52,181 nt of DNA from Alphaproteobacteria bacterium (GTDB lineage: Bacteria; Pseudomonadota; Alphaproteobacteria; CAAHEQ01; UBA3637): contig JAZUQR010000030.1 in NCBI GenBank assembly GCA_045605805.1, positions 1-52,181 on the forward strand, in the 5' to 3' direction. Under the pieces are notes generated by a model. That model had not been told where the DNA came from. It searched no databases and worked only from the letters and a program-made list of their open reading frames with translations. Position numbers and translations under genes: made by a program. This document shows, piece by piece, positions 1-8,759 of the stretch (the first letter of the stretch is position 1; each line of letters begins with the position of its first letter).

Positions 1-68
1 CCCCTCACGATTTTTTCGTTATTTTTCAAGGGGTTAGCTTGGTTTAAGACCTGCAATAAACGGGGCAT
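1..68 (-). CDS. partial hypothetical protein (5' end, MPRLLQVLNQANPLKNNEKIVR...), runs off window
   Basis: ATG at 68 preceded by AAGGAG SD and TTGACA-17-TAAAAA; open to window edge. Confidence 0.6.
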   Translation of the reverse strand, partial: MPRLLQVLNQANPLKNNEKIVR

Positions 69-126
69 TTTCTCTCCTTTCACCTCTCCTTTTTACTCTA
101 TATATCATTGAATGTCAAGAAAAAAA

Positions 127-493
127 TCAGATGGCCGATAAGCCGGGTTCTGTCAATGGGCAATCATTCGTCTGGCAATGCTATTACTAACACGCTCAAG
201 CAACCTACCTCACGCCGGCAAACCTGAGACTGTTTTTTTACGATGTCAAACACCGGCCGACTCATTTGGTCTTGCTTCCAATAGGGTTTGTCCTGCCACA
301 AAGCCTCTCGGCCTGTGCGGTAAGCTCTTACCTCACCGTTTCACCCTTACCCGCCAAAAAGACGGGCGGTTTATTTTCTGCGACACTTTCCATCGGGTCA
401 CCCCGCCCGGACGTTATCCGGTATTGCGTCTCATACGAAGCCCGGACTTTCCTCCATAAGCACAAGGCTTACAGCGATTGCCTGACCATCTGA
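127..493 (-). ncRNA. rnpB: RNase P RNA, bacterial type A
   Basis: Minus strand has GAGGAAAGTCCGGGC and ACAGAACCCGGCTTA conserved regions, a terminal P1 helix (TCAGATGG/CCATCTGA) and P6 pairing TGAGAC/GTCTCA. Confidence 0.97.
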
Positions 494-581
494 CAAAAAG
501 AATTGTACAACATTTCACACAAAAAGTCAATAAAAATATATCTCTGGACATACGGTATTAAAATACCACACAAAAAAGTGC

Positions 582-610
582 TTGACAAATAAAGTTTTTA
601 ACGATATAAT
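582..610 (+). promoter_or_regulatory. sigma70 promoter of rplM-rpsI
   Basis: Perfect TTGACA-17 bp-TATAAT. Confidence 0.85.
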
Positions 611-638
611 AGCACCGTTTTAACAAAAGGAATGTACA

Positions 639-1109
639 ATGATTACAAAAACAACAAAAACAATTAAACCGGCTGATGCTGATATCAAATGGTATCTCGT
701 TGATGCCGAAGGCGTTGTTTTGGGTCGCTTGGCAAGCCAAATCGCCACCATTTTGCGTGGAAAAAACAAGGCTTGTTTCAGCCCAAACCAAGATTGCGGT
801 GACCATGTTATCGTTATCAATGCCGAAAAAGTGGCCGTCACTGGTCGTAAAATGGCACAAAAAGAATACTATCATCACACTGGATACATCAGTGGCTTGA
901 AAACCGTCACATTGCCGGAACAATTGAAAAATCATCCGGAACGTGTTTTAACACAAGCTGTGAAAACAATGTTGACACGCAATTCTTTGGGTGCAAAACA
1001 AATGAAGAAATTGCATGTGTTCGCTGGCACAGAACATCCACACGCTGCTCAACAGCCAATTGTGTTGGATATCGCTGGTAAAAATCCAAAAAATAAGAGA
1101 GGTGCATAA
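639..1109 (+). CDS. rplM: 50S ribosomal protein L13
   Basis: WYLVDAEGVVLGRLASQIA, DCGDHVIVINAEKV, HPHAAQQP motifs. Confidence 0.98.
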   Translation: MITKTTKTIKPADADIKWYLVDAEGVVLGRLASQIATILRGKNKACFSPNQDCGDHVIVINAEKVAVTGRKMAQKEYYHHTGYISGLKTVTLPEQLKNHPERVLTQAVKTMLTRNSLGAKQMKKLHVFAGTEHPHAAQQPIVLDIAGKNPKNKRGA

Positions 1110-1720
1110 TGGTCGCTAAGAAAAAAGAAACTGCCGAAGTTGTAGAAGTAAAAGAAGAAAAGAAAACAACAAAAAAAGCGGCCACAAAAACTGTTGTGGA
1201 AAAGAAAGTTTCCAAAACAGCCAAAAAAACTCTGGACGAATTGAAAGAAGTTGTTCAAGAAGCTGCTGCTCCTGTTTAAGAAAAAACAGAAGTCAAAGAA
1301 GAAGTCAAAGTGCGTGAACCCAAAAAAGACAAATTGGGGCGCAGCCATGCTGTTGGTAAGAAAAAAGACGCTATCGCTCGTGTCTATTTGAAACTGGGCA
1401 AAGGGGCTATCACCATCAACGATCGTGATATTAAAGACTATTTCCCTCGCCCTGTGTTGCAAATGATTATCAATCAACCATTTGCCGTCACCGCTCGTGA
1501 AGGGCAATATGATGTTGTGTGTACCGCTATGGGTGGTGGACTTTCCGGTCAAGCCTATGCCTTGCGCCATGGGATCAGCCGTGCGTTAGATATGTTTGAA
1601 CCAGAATTACACACAGCCTTGAAAAAAGCCGGCTTCTTAACACGTGACAGCCGTGTGGTTGAACGTAAAAAACCGGGTTTGTCAAAAGCTCGCAAACGCT
1701 TCCAATTCTCCAAACGGTAA
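1109..1720 (+). CDS. rpsI: 30S ribosomal protein S9 with long K/E-rich N-terminal extension; in-frame TAA at 1277-1279
   Basis: [42 protein letters not shown]; ATG at 1109 is coupled to the rplM stop (TAATG) and in frame with the core apart from one TAA. Confidence 0.95.
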
Positions 1721-2412
1721 TTGGAAACGATACCAAAATCGTTATTTTTGGGCAGGTTGTACTTTTGTGCAACCTGTTTTTTATTTTCAGAATGCTTCTC
1801 CACCCTGTTCATCCCCCACCCCATGCGTTGAATAAATCTATAAACGGTCATTCTTTGCACATCAACCAATCTGGCTATATGTGTAATGGAAACACCTTGA
1901 TCAAGTAAATCTTTAATTCGTTTCGTATTTTTTGATAATTTCAATTTTTTTGATTGAGCGGCAAAAGGTCGCCCTAGTCTCTTTCCACTCGCCCGCACAT
2001 TTTCCAACGATGATTTGGTGCGTTGAGAAATAAGATTCCTTTCAATTTCAGCGGATAATCCAAAAGCAAACGCCATAACCTTACTTTGAATATCATTTCC
2101 AAGGCGATAGTTTTCCTTGATGGTCCACACTTGGCAATTTTTATTCAGGCACGATTCCAAAATACGCATCACCTCCAACAAAGATCGGCCTAACCTAGAT
2201 ATCTCACAAGCAATCAAGATATCCCCTTCCTTCAATTCATTCAGCAGTTGCCCCAGCTGGCGTTTGGCAAGCGGTTTTCGGGAGGATATTTTTTCTTCAA
2301 CCCACCTGTCAATTTTGATTTTTTGAGATTTAGCGAACTTTTTAATTTCAAATTCTTGATGTTCCAGCGTTTGTTTATTTGAGCTGACTCTGATATATCC
2401 AATAATAGCCAT
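1555..2412 (-). CDS. serine recombinase (resolvase/DNA invertase, Mpi-like) with C-terminal HTH; ORF extends antisense into rpsI
   Basis: GYIRVSS catalytic Ser motif, [58 protein letters not shown]. Confidence 0.93.
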   Translation of the reverse strand: MAIIGYIRVSSNKQTLEHQEFEIKKFAKSQKIKIDRWVEEKISSRKPLAKRQLGQLLNELKEGDILIACEISRLGRSLLEVMRILESCLNKNCQVWTIKENYRLGNDIQSKVMAFAFGLSAEIERNLISQRTKSSLENVRASGKRLGRPFAAQSKKLKLSKNTKRIKDLLDQGVSITHIARLVDVQRMTVYRFIQRMGWGMNRVEKHSENKKQVAQKYNLPKNNDFGIVSNYRLENWKRLRAFDKPGFLRSTTRLSRVKKPAFFKAVCNSGSNISNARLIPWRKA

Positions 2413-2457
2413 TTTTAATCCTTCTGTTTTTGTTGATTTTCTTCCACAAAACACCAC

Positions 2458-2499
2458 AAAAGTGTTCTCTTTAATAGAACGATAAAGTCAAACACTTTT
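2458..2499. promoter_or_regulatory. nested inverted repeats upstream of the recombinase (possible recombinase binding/autoregulatory site)
   Basis: AAAAGTGTT(2458-2466)...AACACTTTT(2491-2499) with inner GTTCT-N7-AGAAC. Confidence 0.35.
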
Positions 2500-2699
2500 T
2501 TCATACTTTCATATTTTTCTCCAAATCTTATGAATGGATTGAAAATACAGCAAAAGATTGTATTTTCTAACATACAAAAGAATAGCTCATCTTGCTATTA
2601 TCATCAAGCGCACACAATCGTTGGTTTATGTTATCATATAAGAGTGGGTATAAGAAACATATGCTCATCCCCAAAACAGGAGGCTTATCATAATAAACA

Positions 2700-3475
2700 A
2701 AAGGAGAATAAAATGGGATTGTTAAATCGATTATCTAAAAGTACGAATATTGAGGGTAAGCGTACTCGGGAACTTTATGAAATGGCAAAAAAAGGTAAAT
2801 TCCGAACGGTGGAGGAATGGATTAAAGAACAAGAAAAATCTCTTTCTCCTGAAATGATAAAGATTGTAGAACAATTTGTAGAACAATACCGCCGTAAACA
2901 CGCACACTGGATGTTAAATGAGGGGGAAAAATCAAAGGGAGATGGCAAACAGGACAAACTGTTGAAAAAAGGTTTTCATGCACGCTTTCAACAGTTAGAT
3001 GAAAAAACCATGCAAGAAACAAATGAGGTAGGAAGTGTTCGCCTCTTTCATTTGAATGAAGAAACTGGGGTTTGGGAGGCAAAAGATGCTCTTTCACAAA
3101 AAACAGAGCTAACGATAATCGGTAAGAATTTGTTTGCAGTAAAAGAAACTTATCAAGGTTCGTATGAAACAATTTTATATTCACCAGACAGGAAAATCCA
3201 AGAAATGTTTGTTCGTGGAAAAGATGGTAAATATTCTTTAATGGAACGGACAGATGAAAACATAGATGGAACACGTGATCGTCAAATCTTTGATGAAAGC
3301 GGAAAAATGGTTGAACAAAGGGTTTCTGAAAATTGGGCACTGAAAAAATTAGTGCGTGATGGCAAGGTTTTATTTGATAACACAAAATCAACACAACAAA
3401 AATTAAACAATGCCATTAAAATAAATAATGGTTTAAAAAGATAAATGAAAGGAGAATAAAATGGGATTGTTAAAT
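2700..3475 (+). repeat. 28-bp direct repeat AAAGGAGAATAAAATGGGATTGTTAAAT at 2700-2727 and 3448-3475
   Basis: Identical RBS plus first five codons (MGLLN) in two otherwise dissimilar tandem genes. Confidence 0.9.
2713..3444 (+). CDS. orphan hypothetical protein (243 aa; predicted beta-rich C-half, basic C-terminus)
   Basis: Long ORF; AAGGAG SD before ATG 2713 (preferred over upstream start 2530). Confidence 0.8.
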   Translation: MGLLNRLSKSTNIEGKRTRELYEMAKKGKFRTVEEWIKEQEKSLSPEMIKIVEQFVEQYRRKHAHWMLNEGEKSKGDGKQDKLLKKGFHARFQQLDEKTMQETNEVGSVRLFHLNEETGVWEAKDALSQKTELTIIGKNLFAVKETYQGSYETILYSPDRKIQEMFVRGKDGKYSLMERTDENIDGTRDRQIFDESGKMVEQRVSENWALKKLVRDGKVLFDNTKSTQQKLNNAIKINNGLKR

Positions 3476-4123
3476 ATACTAAGTAATAACGCAAAAAAAT
3501 CTGCTGAAGCAGATAAGAAATTAGCGACTATTTTAGGAGATGATATTAAACGTAACGAATTATTAAAGATGGTATCATATAATAAGACTGTACATGATGA
3601 TTTATTAAAATTGATAGAAATAACTGGATCACCCTTTGATGCTAAAGCGATTGAGGATATGGCAAAAAAATATTTTGGTGATGATCTATCCAAAATGGAT
3701 CCTACTAAAATTGCAGCTAACGCAGAATTAGCCTTAAATGGAGAGTTTGATAGAGAAGTTTTACAAAGAGAGTTAGATGTTAAAATTATGAATTTAGAAA
3801 AGAAAGAAGCTCTTGCAAAAAGTGAGCTTCAAAAAAATGGTGTAAAAACTATGAAAATAGCTTATTCAGATGAACAAAAGATGTTAGATAGACAAAACGA
3901 GTTGGCTGGGGCAGCCGCCTTTTATGCTTTATTATATGGAACGCTTAGAGGACATGGAGGTGTATGGAGTAAAGAGGAAACAGAACTTTTTGAATGGACA
4001 GATAAAGAATTTAACCCCAAATCGAAACAGGCAAGGGAGCAAATAAAAAACTTATTCGGTGAAAATGCAAAAGATTTTGTAAAGCGTCAAGCAATTCAGA
4101 AAAAGTCAAATCAAGGTAAATAA
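3461..4123 (+). CDS. orphan hypothetical protein (220 aa, helical, basic C-terminus)
   Basis: Long ORF with strong SD; followed by a terminator. Confidence 0.8.
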   Translation: MGLLNILSNNAKKSAEADKKLATILGDDIKRNELLKMVSYNKTVHDDLLKLIEITGSPFDAKAIEDMAKKYFGDDLSKMDPTKIAANAELALNGEFDREVLQRELDVKIMNLEKKEALAKSELQKNGVKTMKIAYSDEQKMLDRQNELAGAAAFYALLYGTLRGHGGVWSKEETELFEWTDKEFNPKSKQAREQIKNLFGENAKDFVKRQAIQKKSNQGK

Positions 4124-4131
4124 TAAACTTT

Positions 4132-4163
4132 AACCTCTACTTGTGTATCCGGTAGAGGTTTTT
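4132..4163 (+). terminator. intrinsic terminator
   Basis: AACCTCTAC...GTAGAGGTT followed by T run. Confidence 0.75.
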
Positions 4164-4313
4164 CATAAATCGAGGTCTTTTTTTTGCACGCAATATCTCA
4201 GCAAAACCTTAAAAACAGGCCAATTTTCTTATTTTTTGCTAAAAACTGCATTTTTTTTCAAAAAAACGCTTGCAATTTGTTTTGTTTTGTGTATAATATG
4301 CAATATGACCTTT

Positions 4314-4389
4314 GGGGGTATAGCTCAGTTGGTAGAGCGTTGCAATGGCATTGCAAAGGTCAGGAGTTCGACCCTCCTTACCTCCACCA
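4314..4389 (+). tRNA. tRNA-Ala(GGC)
   Basis: 76-nt cloverleaf, anticodon GGC, G3:U70 pair, encoded CCA, downstream hairpin terminator. Confidence 0.97.
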
Positions 4390-4683
4390 ATTATTAAAAG
4401 AGGATGTTTCTATCCTCTTTTTTTTGTGCTTTGATGAGGTCGAGAAAGCTTAAGTAGTTGCGGGGGTTGTGAAAATAGAATGGATTTTAGGGTCGGATCT
4501 ATTTTTTACATCCCAAACACGATTTTTATGAATAAAAAGCCTTGATTTTTCTGGGCTGGGGTCTGTTTTATTGGAAGTAAACACACCTTTTGGTTGTCTT
4601 TTTGAAGGTTTGTTATTTTTTAGTTGCAATTTGTAAAAAATACAGCTATAAGTATGGGGAAAACTTTAACAAAGGATTGAAAA

Positions 4684-4860
4684 ATGTTGATATGCAAAAA
4701 TGTAATTGTGAATGGCCGGCGCACCAGTATGAGATTAGATAAAGAAACATGGCTCTCGCTGAGCGAAATCTGAGAAGCAAACGACATCAACTTAAACCAA
4801 TTGTGTTCTCACATTGATAAAACCAAAGGCGAATGTTTTTCCAATTCATTGGCCCATTGA
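4684..4860 (+). pseudogene. ribbon-helix-helix (RHH_4-like) DNA-binding protein, disrupted
   Basis: MLICKNVIVNGRRTSMRLDKETWLSLSEI*EANDINLNQLCSHID; in-frame TGA 4771-4773; expected C-terminal helix missing; AAAGGA SD. Confidence 0.7.
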
Positions 4861-4903
4861 TGTTGAGTATCAACATTTAAAATGTATCCTCATAAAAATG
4901 TAA

Positions 4904-4928
4904 AGAAGCCATGTTTTGCATGGCTTCT
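4904..4928. terminator. hairpin between convergent genes
   Basis: AGAAGCCATG-N5-CATGGCTTCT perfect 10-bp stem. Confidence 0.6.
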
Positions 4929-4943
4929 GTCAAAAATGTTTTT

Positions 4944-5588
4944 TTAATCATTCATATATTTACGACCAGACTTCCAATAATCATATCCTGTCATAATGGT
5001 TAAAATAGCAGCAATCCAAAAAGCAAAACCACCTAGCCATGTGAAAAAACCGGAAAAGACACCCGAACAAGATTTATCTGCCACCATCAACATCGGCAAT
5101 GCCGTCATCTGACAGGCAGTTTTCCATTTAGCCAAACGAGTCACCGGACATCCCACTTTGATTTCGGCCAAAAACTCACGCAAACCAGAAACCAAAATCT
5201 CACGCCCCAAGATAATGACAGCAGGAATAACCATCACGCCACCCAACTTACCTTGCCAAGCCAACATGATTAAAATCACGCCAACCAATAATTTATCCGC
5301 AATTGGATCCAACACCCGACCAAACCGAGACAGTTGGTTCAAATGACGGGCCAAATATCCATCCATATAATCCGTTATGGCTGCCAAAACAAACAAGGCA
5401 ACCCCAATCCATGCCCAAATTGGTTGAGGGAAAAAGAAAGTCGCAATAATCACAGGAATCGCCCAAATACGGCCAACCGTCAATAAATTAGGAATGTTAA
5501 TCCCCTTGCGCACAGCCGCAGCCGTAGTTTTCATTTTTTGAACCATCTGTTTGTGTTTTTGTTGTTTTTTATGTTTTTTTTGCACCAT
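4944..5588 (-). CDS. pgsA: CDP-diacylglycerol--glycerol-3-phosphate 3-phosphatidyltransferase
   Basis: NIPNLLT..R, DYMDGYLAR..FGRVLDPIADK, REILVSGLRE; follows uvrC. Confidence 0.95.
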   Translation of the reverse strand: MVQKKHKKQQKHKQMVQKMKTTAAAVRKGINIPNLLTVGRIWAIPVIIATFFFPQPIWAWIGVALFVLAAITDYMDGYLARHLNQLSRFGRVLDPIADKLLVGVILIMLAWQGKLGGVMVIPAVIILGREILVSGLREFLAEIKVGCPVTRLAKWKTACQMTALPMLMVADKSCSGVFSGFFTWLGGFAFWIAAILTIMTGYDYWKSGRKYMND

Positions 5589-5617
5589 GTTTTTACCTCC
5601 AATATCCGCATTATATC

Positions 5618-7420
5618 CTAATCATGAAAAAAAGTATAGACTTTTTTTGCAATTTTTTCATTAAATCCATCCACCTGCATCAATTGAGCCAAAGAAGCCC
5701 CCGAAATCGCCCGAACAGAACCAAAATGAGTCATCAAATCTTTTTTGCGTTTTTGACCAATTCCTTCAATATCCAACAAAGTTTCATGGAACATTTCCCG
5801 ACTGCGTTTAGCCCGATGAGAACCCACAGCAAAACGATGCGCTTCATCTCTTAACCGTTGCAATAAAAACATCAAATCGCTTTTATGGTCTGGAACAATG
5901 GGAGTGGTCGGTGCCCTGTCCAAAAACAAAGTTTCCAATCCCTTATCATGTTGCCCTGCCCCTTTGGCCATCGCCACCACACGCACAGACGAAACGCCCA
6001 TTTTATCCAATACATCCAAAACTTGACTCAGCTGCCCCTTACCACCATCCAAAATAATGGCATCCGGTAAATCATTTTCTTTAAGTCCCCGTTTCAAGCG
6101 TCTGGTTAAAGTTTCACGCATCATCGCAAAATCATCATTCACATCCCCTTTTTCCATATTAAAGCGCCTGTAAAGATTTTTTTGGAAACCGTCTTTTGTG
6201 GCCACAACCATCGCCCCAACAGCTGCCGTACCTTGAATATGGCTGTTATCATACACTTCAATTTTGTCCAGACGAGAAACATTCAACAAGTTTTTTAATG
6301 CATTCCAACTTTCGTTAAAAACATTTTCTTTGTCCATCTGTTGACGCAAAGTTTGTTGGGCATTCTGTTCAGCCTCTTGCATCCATTGACGCCTTGCCAA
6401 CTTGAAAGGAGGGCATAAAACAGATACCTTTTTTTTCGCCATTTGTGACAAAGCCTGTTCAAACAAAAGTTTTTCCTCAATATCTGTGGATAAACATAAC
6501 ACATTTGGCGGTGTTGTCTTATCATAAACCTGCAACAACAACGCAGGCAGTTCATCCAAAGAAAAATCTTTCATCACCTGATAGATATTACCGGACAAAT
6601 TCGGCCGATGAAAAAAAATCTGAACACAAGTATAAGCGCCTTGTGTCACCACCGCCACCACATCGGTAGGCTCCCCCGATTGCAAAGTACCCGTGCCTTG
6701 AATATGATTCAATGCCCAAATCTTATCCCGAACAACAGCCGCTTTTTCAAAATCCTGAGCTTCGGACAGAGCCTTCATTTCTTCGGTAAGTTTATCTTGC
6801 AAAGCAGAAGAATGTCCCATCATAAAAGCCTTTACTTCGGCGGCCAAATCGGCATAATCCTGTTGCGAAATACAGCCACAACAAGGGGCAGTACACCGTT
6901 TAATCTGATACAACAAACAAGGTCTTTTGCGGGCATTAAAATATGTATTTGTGCAAGAACGAACCCCAAAAACTTTTTGTAAAGATTTAATCGTATTATT
7001 CACCGAAAGACCCGAATCAAAAGGGCCAAAATAAATACCGTCTTTCTTGCGTTCACCACGATACTTACAAAGACGAGGAAAGGCCTCTTTTGTCAAAAGG
7101 ATATACGGATAGCTTTTATCATCTTTTAACAAAATGTTGTATTTTGGACGAAATTGTTTAATCAATTCGGCTTCCAATAAAAAGGCTTCGGATTCGCCTG
7201 CCGTTTCAACCGTAATCAAATCATGCACTTTGGAAACCATCTGACGAATCCGATAAGAAAGCCCTTTTTCTTTTGTGTAATTAGCCAATCTTTTTTTCAA
7301 ATTTTTGGCTTTACCGACATATAAAACCACACCGTTTTCATCCAACATCCGATACACCCCCGAACGATGAGAAACGGCTTTTAGCTTTTCCTTCAAAAAA
7401 TCAATGCCTGTTTGTGCCAT
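5618..7420 (-). CDS. uvrC: excinuclease ABC subunit C
   Basis: GIY-YIG (GVYRM..LYVGKAKNL), YDNSHIQG, DGGKGQL, LRDEAHRFA, HhH. Confidence 0.97.
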   Translation of the reverse strand: MAQTGIDFLKEKLKAVSHRSGVYRMLDENGVVLYVGKAKNLKKRLANYTKEKGLSYRIRQMVSKVHDLITVETAGESEAFLLEAELIKQFRPKYNILLKDDKSYPYILLTKEAFPRLCKYRGERKKDGIYFGPFDSGLSVNNTIKSLQKVFGVRSCTNTYFNARKRPCLLYQIKRCTAPCCGCISQQDYADLAAEVKAFMMGHSSALQDKLTEEMKALSEAQDFEKAAVVRDKIWALNHIQGTGTLQSGEPTDVVAVVTQGAYTCVQIFFHRPNLSGNIYQVMKDFSLDELPALLLQVYDKTTPPNVLCLSTDIEEKLLFEQALSQMAKKKVSVLCPPFKLARRQWMQEAEQNAQQTLRQQMDKENVFNESWNALKNLLNVSRLDKIEVYDNSHIQGTAAVGAMVVATKDGFQKNLYRRFNMEKGDVNDDFAMMRETLTRRLKRGLKENDLPDAIILDGGKGQLSQVLDVLDKMGVSSVRVVAMAKGAGQHDKGLETLFLDRAPTTPIVPDHKSDLMFLLQRLRDEAHRFAVGSHRAKRSREMFHETLLDIEGIGQKRKKDLMTHFGSVRAISGASLAQLMQVDGFNEKIAKKVYTFFHD

Positions 7421-7508
7421 AAATCCAAAATATCATTTTTTTGAATAAAAATCAATAATAGCTGAAAAAAACCTTGAAAATACTTTTATTTTAAGGTACA
7501 AACAAAGT

Positions 7509-8759
7509 ATGTATAAATTATTGTTTTTGGTATCATTGCTTTTTGTTTTATCCAACGCAAAAACGGCACAGGCCTATTCGGCTGCTTCTGCGTTGGTTGC
7601 CGATGTGAACAGTGGATACCTTTTTACCAAAGAAAACATTGATGTGCCATTACATCCGGCCTCTTTAACCAAAGTGATGACTTTATACCTCACCTTTTCG
7701 GCATTAGAAGAAGGTTTGTTAAAAATGGACGATGCCTTGCCAATTTCCGAATGGGCAGCCGCACAAGAACCATCAAAGTTAAACCTTGTAGCCGGAGAAA
7801 CAATCACTGTGCGTGAGGCCATTTTGGCATTGATAGTAAAATCCGCCAACGATGTTGCAGTGGTGTTGGCCGAAACATTGGCTCCCACCGAAGCAATCTT
7901 TGCCGATATGATGACGCAGGCGGCCGCCCAATTGGGAATGTCACGCACTGTTTTCAAAAACGCCTCTGGCTTACACCACCCCGATCAATTGACTTGCGCA
8001 CAGGATATGGCCATCTTAACTTTGGCAACCATCAAAAACTTTCCGCAATACTACCCACTGTTCGCCACACAATCCTTCACCTATAAAGGAAGGGAATACA
8101 ACACACACAATCATATTCTCACAGATTATGAGGGGGCAGAAGGCTTCAAAACAGGCTATATTGCCGCCGCAGGATATAATATCATATCCACAGCAAACAA
8201 AAACAACCATCGTTTGGTCAGCATTGTTTTGGGCCATTCCTCCGCCAAAGAACGAGATGACTATGCCAAATCCTTATTAGACTTTGGCTTTGAAAAAGTT
8301 CAAAAACAAAAAAACGCTCTCCAACAAGGACTTTTGCAACCGGCTTTTGACCCCTTGCAACGCAAAGCAATGGTAGGCAAGCTGAATATGAATGTATTCA
8401 CCCCCATGATGAAAATGCGCACAAAACAGGTGCTTGCTCAGGCAAAAAAAGCAAAACAAATGGCACAATCCATCCACGATACAATGCACCAAATTACATT
8501 CACACAAAATCCTGATTACATGTGGACAATTCAAATTGGTGCATTCGGCACACAGGAAAAAGCCCTGTCCATGGCCAACAAAGCCATGTCTGTCCTAAAC
8601 ATCAACCAATGTGCGGTTCAAATTCAAAAAAAAGACAATCAATTGTATCGTTCACGCCTGACGGGTTTTCAAACAAAGCAAATGGCCGAAGCGGCCTGTG
8701 ATACCTTAAACCATAATCATCATGCCTGTTTTGTTGTGATACCGCAGGGGGATAAATGA
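7509..8759 (+). CDS. D-alanyl-D-alanine carboxypeptidase (S11) with C-terminal SPOR domain
   Basis: SLTK (SxxK), SAN, KTG motifs; signal peptide; WTIQIGAF..ACDTL SPOR. Confidence 0.92.
   Translation: MYKLLFLVSLLFVLSNAKTAQAYSAASALVADVNSGYLFTKENIDVPLHPASLTKVMTLYLTFSALEEGLLKMDDALPISEWAAAQEPSKLNLVAGETITVREAILALIVKSANDVAVVLAETLAPTEAIFADMMTQAAAQLGMSRTVFKNASGLHHPDQLTCAQDMAILTLATIKNFPQYYPLFATQSFTYKGREYNTHNHILTDYEGAEGFKTGYIAAAGYNIISTANKNNHRLVSIVLGHSSAKERDDYAKSLLDFGFEKVQKQKNALQQGLLQPAFDPLQRKAMVGKLNMNVFTPMMKMRTKQVLAQAKKAKQMAQSIHDTMHQITFTQNPDYMWTIQIGAFGTQEKALSMANKAMSVLNINQCAVQIQKKDNQLYRSRLTGFQTKQMAEAACDTLNHNHHACFVVIPQGDK

Noticed and set aside
178-493. ORFs 178-459 and 266-493
   Set aside because: They lie antisense to the RNase P RNA gene.
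2700-3475. Integron attC cassettes
   Set aside because: The repeat is non-palindromic, covers the RBS/start, and there is no tyrosine integrase.
4143-4453. ORFs overlapping tRNA-Ala
   Set aside because: Spurious frames across the tRNA, its promoter and terminator.
2412-4700. Invertible segment or tRNA-Ala integrated element
   Set aside because: No flanking inverted repeats and no duplicated tRNA 3' end were found by eye; the islet lies 5' of the tRNA.
1277-4773. Stop-codon reassignment suggested by internal TAA (rpsI) and TGA (RHH)
   Set aside because: TAA, TAG and TGA all end conserved genes at expected positions elsewhere (e.g. rplM TAA, uvrC TAG, miaB and ftsX TGA).
4771-4820. Selenocysteine reading of the RHH TGA
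   Set aside because: The only nearby hairpin (~4798-4816) is weak, distant and lacks a loop G; the gene is also truncated.
5535-5588. Duplicated MVQK at the pgsA N-terminus
   Set aside because: Short low-complexity Lys/Gln extension with no evidence of function.
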